From: Endomicrobiia bacterium
GTDB lineage: Bacteria > Elusimicrobiota > Endomicrobiia > DTEH01
Assembly (NCBI GenBank): GCA_039630545.1
Contig: JBCNUU010000003.1
Coordinates: forward strand, 162,679-226,678
Length of the DNA stretch: 64,000 bases
Reading direction: 5' to 3'
Within the stretch, counting starts at the first letter, position 1, and every line of letters starts with the position of its first letter. This document shows, in pieces, positions 1 to 9,304 of the stretch. The translations under genes and the position numbers were made by a program. Under the pieces are notes generated by a model. That model did no database searches and was not told the origin of the DNA. It was given only the letters and a program-made list of their open reading frames with translations.

Positions 1-1404
1 TCAATTTATACTCATAACAACTTTGTTGATTTATGTAAAGGACCTCATGTAAATTCAACTTCAGAAGTTAAATATTTTAAATTACTTTCTATTTCTGGAG
101 CTTATTGGAAAGGAAATGAAAAAAATCCTCAACTTACCCGGATATACGGAACAGCTTTTTTTACTAAAGAAGAACTTGATGAATATCTTAATAAATTAGA
201 AGAAGCAAAAAAAAGAGATCACAGAAAAATTGGAAGAGAACTTGAACTTTTTGAAATTTTTGAGGAAGAGTTTGGAAGCGGGCTAGTATTTTGGCTTCCT
301 AAAGGAGCTATTGTAAGAAAAATTATTGAAGATTATTTAAGAGAATACCATATTAAAAAAGGGTACGAAATTGTATATACACCACATATTGCAAAAACCT
401 CGTTATGGGAAATTTCAGGTCATTTGCAGTTTTATTCAGATTATATGTTTTCTCCTATGGATGTTGAGGGACAAAAATATATTATAAAGCCAATGAATTG
501 TCCTGGCCATGTGTTGATATATAAATCTAAACTTCGTTCATATAAAGAACTTCCAATAAAATTTTTTGAATTAGGAACAGTTTATAGATATGAAAGATCA
601 GGTGTTTTACATGGTCTTATGCGTGTAAGAGGTTTTACTCAAGACGATGCTCATATTTTTACAACCTTTGAAAATCTCCAAAAAGACATATCAGATCTTC
701 TTGATACAGTGGTGGACGTTTTAACAAAATTTGGATTTAAAGAATATGAAATAAAACTTTCTACCAGACCTTCCAGATATATAGGAGATCTTCAACACTG
801 GGAAATGGCTGAAAACTTTTTGAAAGAAGCACTTGAGAAAAAGAATTTAAAATATGAAATAGATCCCGGAGAGGGAGTTTTTTATGGTCCAAAGATTGAT
901 TTAAAAATAAAAGATGCTATAGGAAGACTATGGCAGTGTTCTACTATTCAGGTAGATTTTAATTTGCCTCAAAGATTTGATGTAAAATACAGAGATAAAG
1001 ATGGCAAAGATAAATATGTAGTTATGATTCACAGAGCACTTTTAGGTTCTTTAGAGAGATTTTTTGCAGTTCTTATAGAACATTACGCAGGAGCTTTGCC
1101 TTTGTGGTTAGCTCCTGTTCAGGTGGTTGTATTACCTATAAGTCAAAAATTTAACGAGTACGGATACACAGTTTATAAAGAACTTGTCCAAAATAATATT
1201 CGTGCTGAAATAGATTCTACTGATGCTACTTTACAATACAAAATTAGGGCTGCTGTTTTTCAAAAAATTCCTTTTTTGGTAATATTAGGTGAAAAAGAAC
1301 AAAAAAGTAATATGATTTCTGTAAGAAAATATTCAGATAAAACAACCAATCAGTACAATATAAATCAATTTATAGAACTCCTTAAATTGGAGGTAACTAA
1401 ATAA
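1..1404 (+). CDS. thrS: Threonine--tRNA ligase (5' end outside window)
   Basis: Frame open from base 1 (DLCKGPHV, RDHRKIG); motifs KPMNCPGH, RYERSGVLHGLMRVRGFTQDDAH, HRALLGSLERF; anticodon-binding C-terminus. Confidence 0.98.
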   Translation, partial: SIYTHNNFVDLCKGPHVNSTSEVKYFKLLSISGAYWKGNEKNPQLTRIYGTAFFTKEELDEYLNKLEEAKKRDHRKIGRELELFEIFEEEFGSGLVFWLPKGAIVRKIIEDYLREYHIKKGYEIVYTPHIAKTSLWEISGHLQFYSDYMFSPMDVEGQKYIIKPMNCPGHVLIYKSKLRSYKELPIKFFELGTVYRYERSGVLHGLMRVRGFTQDDAHIFTTFENLQKDISDLLDTVVDVLTKFGFKEYEIKLSTRPSRYIGDLQHWEMAENFLKEALEKKNLKYEIDPGEGVFYGPKIDLKIKDAIGRLWQCSTIQVDFNLPQRFDVKYRDKDGKDKYVVMIHRALLGSLERFFAVLIEHYAGALPLWLAPVQVVVLPISQKFNEYGYTVYKELVQNNIRAEIDSTDATLQYKIRAAVFQKIPFLVILGEKEQKSNMISVRKYSDKTTNQYNINQFIELLKLEVTK

Positions 1405-1406
1405 TT

Positions 1407-1925
1407 ATGGATTTTAAAAAATACAGAGTAAACCAATTTATAAAAGCCAAAGAAGTAAGAGTAATAGACGAAAAAGGCACTCAGCTAGGAGTTATGCCCC
1501 TGCAACAAGCACTACAGAAAGCTCAACAAGCAGGGTTAGATCTAGTAGAAATAGCTCCACAAGCTACACCTCCTGTATGTAAGATTATTGATTTTTCAAA
1601 ATTTAAATATCAACAGGAAAAAAAAGAAAAAGAAATTAGGAAATCTCAAAAGTTAAATATAATGAAGGAGATTTATATTAAACCTAACATTACAGATCAT
1701 GACTTGCAGATAAAGCTTAATCATGTAAAAGAATTTTTGCAGCATCGTCATCCAACAAAGATAACAATTACTTGCACAGGAAGATTACTTCAATATTTTG
1801 ATGAAACATCCAACAAATTAGTTGAAAAGATTACATCTGAACTTCAAAGTTTTGGTAAGTTCGTTATTAAAAAAGACAATAATAAAGTAACCATTACTAT
1901 AGAACCAATAAAAAGAGATAGATAG
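1407..1925 (+). CDS. infC: Translation initiation factor IF-3 (true start may be in-frame ATA 1401 or ATT 1404)
   Basis: RVNQFIKAKEVRVID, GLDLVEIAPQATPPVCKIIDFSKFKYQ; follows thrS. Confidence 0.97.
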   Translation: MDFKKYRVNQFIKAKEVRVIDEKGTQLGVMPLQQALQKAQQAGLDLVEIAPQATPPVCKIIDFSKFKYQQEKKEKEIRKSQKLNIMKEIYIKPNITDHDLQIKLNHVKEFLQHRHPTKITITCTGRLLQYFDETSNKLVEKITSELQSFGKFVIKKDNNKVTITIEPIKRDR

Positions 1926-1943
1926 AAAGGAGAAAAACAAATA

Positions 1944-2144
1944 ATGAAAAAGTCAAAATCGCACAGTGGTGCCAAAAAAAGATTTAAGTTTACAAAAAAA
2001 GGGAAAATAAAATGCAAAAAAGCAGGTTTAAGACATCTCCTTATAGGAATGAGTTCCAAAAAATCTAGAAAAGCAAAAAAGCTTAAGGTGTTAAAAAAAA
2101 TAAATATGAAAGCTGTAAAACTTAATCTTCCATATGGAAGTTAA
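1944..2144 (+). CDS. rpmI: 50S ribosomal protein L35
   Basis: KSHSGAKKRFKFTKKGKIK...HLL...LPY; SD AAAGGAG; follows infC. Confidence 0.96.
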   Translation: MKKSKSHSGAKKRFKFTKKGKIKCKKAGLRHLLIGMSSKKSRKAKKLKVLKKINMKAVKLNLPYGS

Positions 2145-2168
2145 TAAAAATAGAAAGGATTCTTGAAA

Positions 2169-4814
2169 ATGAACAATAACAAGGTATTTAAACATAGAGA
2201 AGACGAAGATATATATAAAGTTGAAAATCCCAGAATTTATATTGTTGTTCCAAAATTACCATCTAAATTACAACCACTTTTAGAAATTGCCTACAACTTA
2301 TGGTGGGTTTGGAACAGTGAAGCTTTTGAGTTATTTCGCAGAATAGATAGAGATCTATGGGAGGAGGTTAATCACAACCCTATACAACTTTTAGGAAAGG
2401 TTTCTAAAGAAAAGTTGCAAGAATTAGAAAACGACAGCAGTTTTATTGCTCACTTAGAAGAGGTTTATTCTTCTTTACAAAAATATCTTTCAAGACAACC
2501 ATGGTTTTTTAGAGAATTTGATAAAGAACATCATAATTGTAAAATAGCATATTTCTCTATGGAATATGGAATTACAGAAGCTGTGCCTATGTATTGTGGA
2601 GGATTAGGTGTTTTAGCAGGTGATTTGTTTAAATCCTCATCAGATATGGGATTGCCTATGATCGGGATAGGTTTAGCTTATAGATATGGATATTTTAAAC
2701 AACATCTTACAGATGATGGTTGGCAACAAGAAGAGTATGAAGAACTTCATTTTTTCAGATTGCCACTTAGTAGAATGAAAAGGTCTGATGGAAGTCCTTT
2801 GCGGTTATTTATTCCTTTAAGTGTATTGGAGTTTTCTTCTGCTCAACCTACATACAAAGAAGAAAAGATATATTTTGAAGTGTGGGAAGCAAAAATTGGA
2901 AGAAATACTCTTTATTTGTTAAGCACAGATATTCCAGAAAATTCTGCCGAAAATAGAGCTATTACTTACCATTTATATGGTGGTGGTTTAGAAAATAGGA
3001 TAAAACAAGAGATAGTTTTAGGGATAGGTGGAGTAAAATTTCTAAAAGAAATGAATTTAAAACCAACTGTATGGCATATAAATGAAGGACATTGTGCTTT
3101 TATTATTTTAGAAAGAATAAGAGAATTAATAAAAGAAAAAAATTTAAGTTTTAATGAAGCAAGAGAATTTGTGAGAGCTACTTCTATTTTTACTACTCAC
3201 ACTCCTGTTCCTGCAGGAATAGATGTTTTTCCTGTGGATTTAATGAAGAAGTATTTTAGTGGATATTGTGAAGAAATAGGAATTAGTTTAGATGAACTTT
3301 TAAGTTTAGGCAGAGAGGACCCGAATGATAAAAATGCTGGTTTTTCTATGGCAGTATTTGCTATTAAAAATTCTGAGTTTGTAAATGCAGTAAGTAAACT
3401 TCATGGAGTAATTTCGCGTAGCATGTGGAGAAATATTTATCCAGGGTTGCCATTATTTGAGATTCCTATTACACATATTACAAACGGTGTTCATGTTAAT
3501 ACTTGGGTATCAAATGAATTTGCTGGTTTGTTTGATAGATATATAGGGCCTCAATGGCGCGAAGAGCCGGATAACCAGTTAGTATGGGAAAAAATAAAAG
3601 ATATACCCGATGCAGAACTGTGGAGGTCTCATGAGAGAAGAAGAGAACGCCTCATAGCTTTTGTAAGACAACGGCTTAAAAAACAGCTTGAGCACTCAGG
3701 TGCTCCGCGAAGTGAGATAGAACAGGCTGAAGAGGTTTTGGATCCTGAAGTTCTTACGATAGGTTTTGCCAGGAGATTTGCAGAGTACAAAAGAGGTACA
3801 CTCATATTTAGAGATCTGCAAAGGCTAAAAAAAATTCTATTAGACAAAGAAAAACCAGCACAAATTATTATTGCGGGAAAAGCTCATCCTAATGATAATG
3901 TTGGGAAAGAACTTATAAAATATATAATTCAAATTACTCGCGATCCGGAACTCAAAGGTAAAGTTGTATTTGTTGAGGATTATGATATGAATGTAGCTCA
4001 CTATTTAGTTCAGGGCTGTGATGTATGGTTAAATTTACCGAGAAGGCCACTTGAAGCTTCAGGAACAAGCGGTATGAAGGCAGCAGTTAACGGAGTGTTA
4101 AATGTTTCTGTTTTAGATGGTTGGTGGTGTGAAGCTTATGATGGTAATAATGGTTGGTCAATAGGTGGAGGAGAAGAGTATACTGATTATAACTTACAAG
4201 ATGATATAGAAAGTAGAATACTGTATGATGTTTTAGAAAAAGAAGTAATACCTCTATTTTATAATCGTGGAAGTGGAGGTATTCCTAAGGGTTGGGTCAA
4301 AAAAATGAAGCATACAATGATGAGTATATGTCCAAGGTTTAATTCAAATAGATTAATAGAGGAGTATACAAGAAGGTTCTATTTGGTAGCTGACAGTAAT
4401 TATTGGAAGTATATAGAAAACGATTTTCAATTAGTTAAGACATTTACTAAGTGGCTTGAAAAAATAAATTCTTGCTGGGATAATATAAAACTTATAAGTG
4501 TAGAGGATAATATTAGAGAAACTTATAGCTTAGGTGATAAAATAGAAGTTATATCTAAAATTTTTATTGATAAACTTTCTGAAGAAGATGTTGCAGTTGA
4601 ACTATATTGGGGATATGTAGATTCTAAAGGTCGAATTTCTCAACCTAAAATTAAAAAGATGGAAGTTATTGGTAAAGAAGCGCAAGGTCAGCTTGTATAC
4701 AAGGGAGAAATTGAGATAGACAGGGTTGGACATTGTGGATATGTATTAAGAGTAATGCCAAAGTTTAATGGTATTGTTCTATATAGGTCTAAACTTATAA
4801 AATGGTTACACTAA
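2169..4814 (+). CDS. glgP: Alpha-glucan (glycogen) phosphorylase
   Basis: AYFSMEYG, GGLGVLAGD, NEGH, FTTHTPVPAG, GFARRFAEYKR and PLP motif EASGTSGMKA; start ATG 2169 chosen by SD spacing (TTG 2163 alternative). Confidence 0.96.
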   Translation: MNNNKVFKHREDEDIYKVENPRIYIVVPKLPSKLQPLLEIAYNLWWVWNSEAFELFRRIDRDLWEEVNHNPIQLLGKVSKEKLQELENDSSFIAHLEEVYSSLQKYLSRQPWFFREFDKEHHNCKIAYFSMEYGITEAVPMYCGGLGVLAGDLFKSSSDMGLPMIGIGLAYRYGYFKQHLTDDGWQQEEYEELHFFRLPLSRMKRSDGSPLRLFIPLSVLEFSSAQPTYKEEKIYFEVWEAKIGRNTLYLLSTDIPENSAENRAITYHLYGGGLENRIKQEIVLGIGGVKFLKEMNLKPTVWHINEGHCAFIILERIRELIKEKNLSFNEAREFVRATSIFTTHTPVPAGIDVFPVDLMKKYFSGYCEEIGISLDELLSLGREDPNDKNAGFSMAVFAIKNSEFVNAVSKLHGVISRSMWRNIYPGLPLFEIPITHITNGVHVNTWVSNEFAGLFDRYIGPQWREEPDNQLVWEKIKDIPDAELWRSHERRRERLIAFVRQRLKKQLEHSGAPRSEIEQAEEVLDPEVLTIGFARRFAEYKRGTLIFRDLQRLKKILLDKEKPAQIIIAGKAHPNDNVGKELIKYIIQITRDPELKGKVVFVEDYDMNVAHYLVQGCDVWLNLPRRPLEASGTSGMKAAVNGVLNVSVLDGWWCEAYDGNNGWSIGGGEEYTDYNLQDDIESRILYDVLEKEVIPLFYNRGSGGIPKGWVKKMKHTMMSICPRFNSNRLIEEYTRRFYLVADSNYWKYIENDFQLVKTFTKWLEKINSCWDNIKLISVEDNIRETYSLGDKIEVISKIFIDKLSEEDVAVELYWGYVDSKGRISQPKIKKMEVIGKEAQGQLVYKGEIEIDRVGHCGYVLRVMPKFNGIVLYRSKLIKWLH

Positions 4815-4833
4815 TTTTCGGGGGTAATTAAAT

Positions 4834-5757
4834 ATGAAAGAAGAAAAAGAAATAGAAGTTACATCTGCTATATCTTCAGGTATGTCTTCAGGAAGCTCCT
4901 CTGTTTTAGAAAGAAAACAAGTTCCACCTTTAGAAGTTAGAGAACTTCCAAAAAGTTATGGTGATACAAAAATTGTTCTTTTGCCAAAAGATCCCTGGTG
5001 GTGTTTTGCTTACTGGGAGATTTCAGAAAATACATTTTCTGAATTAAGAAATTTATATGGAGGAAATTTTAAACTTTCTATTAGAGTATATGATGTAACT
5101 AATGTGAATAATTTTGACGGGATAAATGCAAATAAGTTTTTTGATATAGATATAGATAATATAAATGTAAACAACTGGTACATAAATTTACCAGAAGTAA
5201 ATAGAAGCTGGTGTGTTGATTTAGGAATAAAAACACAGGATGGGAAATTTATTACTATAAGCCGTTCCAATATAGTAATAATGCCAAAGTTTGGTGTGTC
5301 GCCTCTAACTGATGAACAATGGGCTATTTTACAACGTGAGTTTGAAAGACTACTTGAGATGTCAGGAATAAGTATGATAGGAAAGGGTTCTTTTGATATT
5401 GCTAAACTTATGAAAGAGCGCTGGGAAGAACTTTTATTTATATCGCAGCTTCCACAATTTATAAGTTCTGGTTTTGTTTCTTCTTTCGCTGCTAGGCAAG
5501 AACAGATAGAGTTAGCTAAAGAGTTTTTCTTAAAAGCAGATACAGAACTTATTGTGTATGGTGAGACAATGCCTGATGCGAAACTTTATATAAATGGAGA
5601 TGAATATAAACTTTCTAAAGATGGAAGGTTTTCGCTAAGAATACATCTTGGAGATGGGACACTACACATTCCAATAAAAGCAGTCTCTTCTGATGGAAGC
5701 ATGCAAAAAGAGATCACATTTTTAATTACCAGAGAAAGTAAAGAAAAGCAATTTTAA
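4834..5757 (+). CDS. DUF4912 domain protein
   Basis: ELPKSYGDTKIVLLPKDPWWCFAYWEIS, NNWYINLP, SRSN; Ser-rich linkers; C-terminal ELIVYGET...DGRFS domain; usual neighbour of GH57. Confidence 0.8.
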   Translation: MKEEKEIEVTSAISSGMSSGSSSVLERKQVPPLEVRELPKSYGDTKIVLLPKDPWWCFAYWEISENTFSELRNLYGGNFKLSIRVYDVTNVNNFDGINANKFFDIDIDNINVNNWYINLPEVNRSWCVDLGIKTQDGKFITISRSNIVIMPKFGVSPLTDEQWAILQREFERLLEMSGISMIGKGSFDIAKLMKERWEELLFISQLPQFISSGFVSSFAARQEQIELAKEFFLKADTELIVYGETMPDAKLYINGDEYKLSKDGRFSLRIHLGDGTLHIPIKAVSSDGSMQKEITFLITRESKEKQF

Positions 5758-5800
5758 GATTCTTATCTTTTGTTTTAAAGAAGAAAGGAGTAAAATTCCG

Positions 5801-7390
5801 ATGGTAGAAGGGTATTGGTGTTTGGTGTTACATAATCATTTACCTTTTGTAAAACACCCTGAATATGATGATTTTCTTGAAGAAGATTGGTTTTATGAAG
5901 CAATGACTGAGACATATATTCCTTTGATTTCTGTATTTCAGGGTTTGTTGAATGACAATGTAGATTTTAGAGTTGTGATGTCTATTTCTCCTTCCCTTGC
6001 TAATATGATGACAGACAAACTTCTGCAAGATAGATACTACAGAAAACTTTCAAAGCTTATAGAACTTGCAGAAAAAGAAGTTTGGAGACTTAGACATCAG
6101 GAGCCATTTTATTCTACAGCTAAAATCTATGAAGAAAAATTCAAAATGTGCATGCAGATTTACGAAAGATATAACAGAAATTTAATAAATGCATATAAGG
6201 AGTTATTATTTACAGGAAAAGTAGATATCATTACTTGTAATGCCACTCATGGATTTTTGCCATTGATTATTACAGAGAGGGCAAAAAAAGCACAAATTAG
6301 AATGGGTGTTAAAAGTTATGAAAATACCTTTGGTAAAAAACCAAATGGTATATGGCTTGCAGAGTGTGCTTATTATTATAAAGTTGATGAGATTTTAAAA
6401 GAATGTGATATTAAATATTTTTTTGTGGAAGCTCATGGGCTGTTGTATGGTGAGCCAAGGCCTAAATATGGTATTTTTGCTCCAGTATATACTCCAGCAG
6501 GTGTAGCTGTATTTGCACGAGATTTAGAGACAGCACATCAAGTATGGTCGGCTGATGTTGGATATCCTGGAGATCCAGATTACAGAGAGTTTTATAGAGA
6601 TGTTGGTTACGATTTAGATTATGAATACATAAAGCCTTATCTACACAGCGATGGAGTAAGAAGGAATGTTGGTATAAAGTATTATAGAGTTACAGGTAGA
6701 GTTGGATTAGACAAAAAGGAACCATATGTTCCTCAATGGGCACAAAACAAAGCAGCAATTCATGCTGGAAATTTTATGTTTAATAGAGAACATCAAATAA
6801 GATATTTAAGAAGCATATTTGACAGAGAACCAATTGTTGTGTCTATGTATGATGCTGAACTTTTTGGACATTGGTGGTTTGAGGGGCCTGATTTTTTAAA
6901 TTATCTTTTTAGAAAAATTCATTATGACCAAAATGTATTTAGACCAATTCTGCCTATGGAATATTTGGAAAAATATCCAAAAAATCAGATTATTCAACCA
7001 ACAGCTTCCTCCTGGGGAGATAAAGGTTACTATGAAGTTTGGCTTAATGGTTCTAATGATTGGATATACAGGCACTTGCATAAATGTGAAGAATTAATGT
7101 GTGCTGCAGTAGATGAATATCATCGTATAGCTGCTTATGATGGTATTAAAAAAAGAGTATTAAATCAACTTGCAAGAGAATTGTTTTTAGCACAGTCCTC
7201 TGATTGGGCTTTTATTATGACTACTGGGACTATGGTAGAGTACGCTCATACAAGACAAAAACAACACATAAATAATTTTTTAAAATTATACAATCAGCTA
7301 AAAGAAAATAAAATAGATGAAGGTTTCTTAAACTGGCTTGAATACAAAGATAGTATATTCCCGGATGTTGATTATAGAGTATTTCTATAA
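5801..7390 (+). CDS. GH57 1,4-alpha-glucan branching enzyme (DUF1957 domain)
   Basis: LHNHLPFV, EAMTETYIP, GIWLAECAY, YDAELFGHWWFEGP, AQSSDWAF. Confidence 0.93.
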   Translation: MVEGYWCLVLHNHLPFVKHPEYDDFLEEDWFYEAMTETYIPLISVFQGLLNDNVDFRVVMSISPSLANMMTDKLLQDRYYRKLSKLIELAEKEVWRLRHQEPFYSTAKIYEEKFKMCMQIYERYNRNLINAYKELLFTGKVDIITCNATHGFLPLIITERAKKAQIRMGVKSYENTFGKKPNGIWLAECAYYYKVDEILKECDIKYFFVEAHGLLYGEPRPKYGIFAPVYTPAGVAVFARDLETAHQVWSADVGYPGDPDYREFYRDVGYDLDYEYIKPYLHSDGVRRNVGIKYYRVTGRVGLDKKEPYVPQWAQNKAAIHAGNFMFNREHQIRYLRSIFDREPIVVSMYDAELFGHWWFEGPDFLNYLFRKIHYDQNVFRPILPMEYLEKYPKNQIIQPTASSWGDKGYYEVWLNGSNDWIYRHLHKCEELMCAAVDEYHRIAAYDGIKKRVLNQLARELFLAQSSDWAFIMTTGTMVEYAHTRQKQHINNFLKLYNQLKENKIDEGFLNWLEYKDSIFPDVDYRVFL

Positions 7391-7575
7391 TTTTTTTCTG
7401 TTTTATTGGTTTAATAACACATTTTTTAAAGAAGAAATAAAACAAACATTTTTAATATTAAAAAGGGTGTTGCTCTTTTCTATATTGATTTAAAATTCTA
7501 AAAATTTATTTTTATTGATTTTCCAGTTATAATTGTAAATTTTCGATTAATTATAAATTTTTTTGTAAAATTTAG

Positions 7576-7606
7576 TTGACAAAAATTTCTTTAATTTATA
7601 TATAAA
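7576..7606 (+). promoter_or_regulatory. Probable sigma70 promoter for hit-rpsU-nif3-dnaG-rpoD
   Basis: Perfect TTGACA at 7576-7581; TATATA 17 bp later and TATAAA at 7601-7606. Confidence 0.6.
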
Positions 7607-7715
7607 AATTTAGTACACTTTTGGCGATTTAAAACAAACCAAAAGAAGTTGTTTTCCTAAAAGGTTCTCTTCAGATTTAAATATTTTTTTAAATAAGTTG
7701 ATGGAGATTTTATAG

Positions 7716-8060
7716 ATGGAGGGATGTATTTTTTGTAAAATTGTAAAAAAAGAGATTAAAAGTGAGATAGTATATGAAGATGAAAATTTTGTTGTATTTA
7801 AAGACATAAATCCCCAAGCTCCAGTTCATTTACTAGTTGTTCCTAAACTGCACATAGAAAGTATAAGTAGCTTAGAGATAGAAAATAAAGAAAATATAAA
7901 AGATGCACTTTTTATTATAAAAAAAGTTGCTCAAGAGATTGGAATAACTAAAGATGGTTATCGTGTTGTCATTAACACAGGAAAAAATGCTGGACAGGAA
8001 ATAAATCATTTACATTTTCATGTTTTAGCAGGTAGAAAATTTGAGTGGCCTCCTGGTTGA
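7716..8060 (+). CDS. hinT: Histidine triad (HIT/Hint) nucleotide-binding protein
   Basis: CIFCKI, DINPQAPVH, GQEINHLHFHVLAGR, WPPG end. Confidence 0.95.
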   Translation: MEGCIFCKIVKKEIKSEIVYEDENFVVFKDINPQAPVHLLVVPKLHIESISSLEIENKENIKDALFIIKKVAQEIGITKDGYRVVINTGKNAGQEINHLHFHVLAGRKFEWPPG

Positions 8061-8101
8061 TTTTAGATAAATTTTAAAAATTGAAAGGAGGTGATATAGT
8101 A

Positions 8102-8311
8102 ATGGTAGAGGTAATAGTAAGAGAAGGTGAAAAGTTGGAAGATGCTTTGAAACGTTTTAAAAAAGAAGTAGAAAAGGAAGGCATCTTAAAGTTAGCAAGG
8201 GAGAAAATGTATTATAAATCTCCAAGTGTAATAAAAAAAGAAAGGATGTCTCTTTTAAAAAGAAAGTTAGAATTAAGAAAAAGAAGAATGGAAATGAAAA
8301 AAGCAAAATAA
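8102..8311 (+). CDS. rpsU: 30S ribosomal protein S21
   Basis: VIVREGEKLEDALKRFKK...YYKSPS; SD AAGGAGGT upstream of ATG 8102. Confidence 0.93.
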   Translation: MVEVIVREGEKLEDALKRFKKEVEKEGILKLAREKMYYKSPSVIKKERMSLLKRKLELRKRRMEMKKAK

Positions 8312-8342
8312 TTAAATAATGTTTTTTGATGGAGCAAATCCT

Positions 8343-9299
8343 ATGAAATTAAATGAGTTATACAATTCTATAATAGAAATTGGAATAAAAAATGATCCCA
8401 GAGGAGAAGAAGAGGTAAAAGATCTACTGAAAAAAGAAAAACAAAAATATGAAAAACTTTCTGAAAAAGAAAAAAAATTCTATGATATAGAAAAACTTAA
8501 AAATCCGTATAATGATACAAGAATCCTGTATGGAGATAAAGACACAGATGTTAAGTCTGTGATGGTAGGAATAGATATAGAAGCTCCTGAAGTGTTGTTG
8601 ACAGAAATACTTTCTCAACGAGGAAAAAAAATAGATTTAATTTTATCTCATCACCCAGAAGGAGTTGGTTATAGAAATTTTTATGAAGTGATGGGGATGC
8701 AAGCTGATATTTTGAGTAAATTTGGAGTACCTATAAACATCGCAGAAGGTATTATGGAACCCAGGATGAAAGAAGTTCAAAGAAAACTTCTTCCTTTAAA
8801 TCACACCAGAGCTGTAGATGTTGCAAGTTTATTAAACATTCCATTTTTGTGTTGTCATACTCCTGCTGATAACTGTGTGGCTACTTATTTACAAAAACTC
8901 TTTGATAAAAGGAATCCAAAATATCTTCAAGATGTGGTGGATATATTATTAGAATTACCAGAATACGAAGATGCAGCAAAACTTGGTAGCGGACCAATTA
9001 TTCTTAATGGCACCAAGGATAGAAAGGCAGGTAAAATTTTTGTTGATATGACAGGAGGAACAGAGGGTTCTACAGAGGTTTTTGAAAAGTTAGCAATTGC
9101 TAAGGTAAGCACAATAGTGGCGATGCATCTAAGTGAAGAACATTACAAAAATGCGCAGAAATACTATATAAATGTGATAATTGCAGGTCATATTGCTTCT
9201 GACAATTTAGGAATGAACTTATTGTTAGATGTTGTGGAAAAGAAATTTCACGAGTTGGAAACGATTTGTGTTTCTGGATTTAAAAGATATAGGCATTGA
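8343..9299 (+). CDS. NIF3 (NGG1p-interacting factor 3)-like metal-binding protein
   Basis: NPYNDTRILYG, VGID, SHHPEG, HTPADN, DMTGGTEG, AGHIASDNLG. Confidence 0.85.
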   Translation: MKLNELYNSIIEIGIKNDPRGEEEVKDLLKKEKQKYEKLSEKEKKFYDIEKLKNPYNDTRILYGDKDTDVKSVMVGIDIEAPEVLLTEILSQRGKKIDLILSHHPEGVGYRNFYEVMGMQADILSKFGVPINIAEGIMEPRMKEVQRKLLPLNHTRAVDVASLLNIPFLCCHTPADNCVATYLQKLFDKRNPKYLQDVVDILLELPEYEDAAKLGSGPIILNGTKDRKAGKIFVDMTGGTEGSTEVFEKLAIAKVSTIVAMHLSEEHYKNAQKYYINVIIAGHIASDNLGMNLLLDVVEKKFHELETICVSGFKRYRH

Positions 9300-9304
9300 A
9301 ACTT

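Noticed and set aside
424..1404. ThrS as a short 326-aa protein starting at 424
   Set aside because: The frame is open to base 1; the gene is truncated only by the window edge
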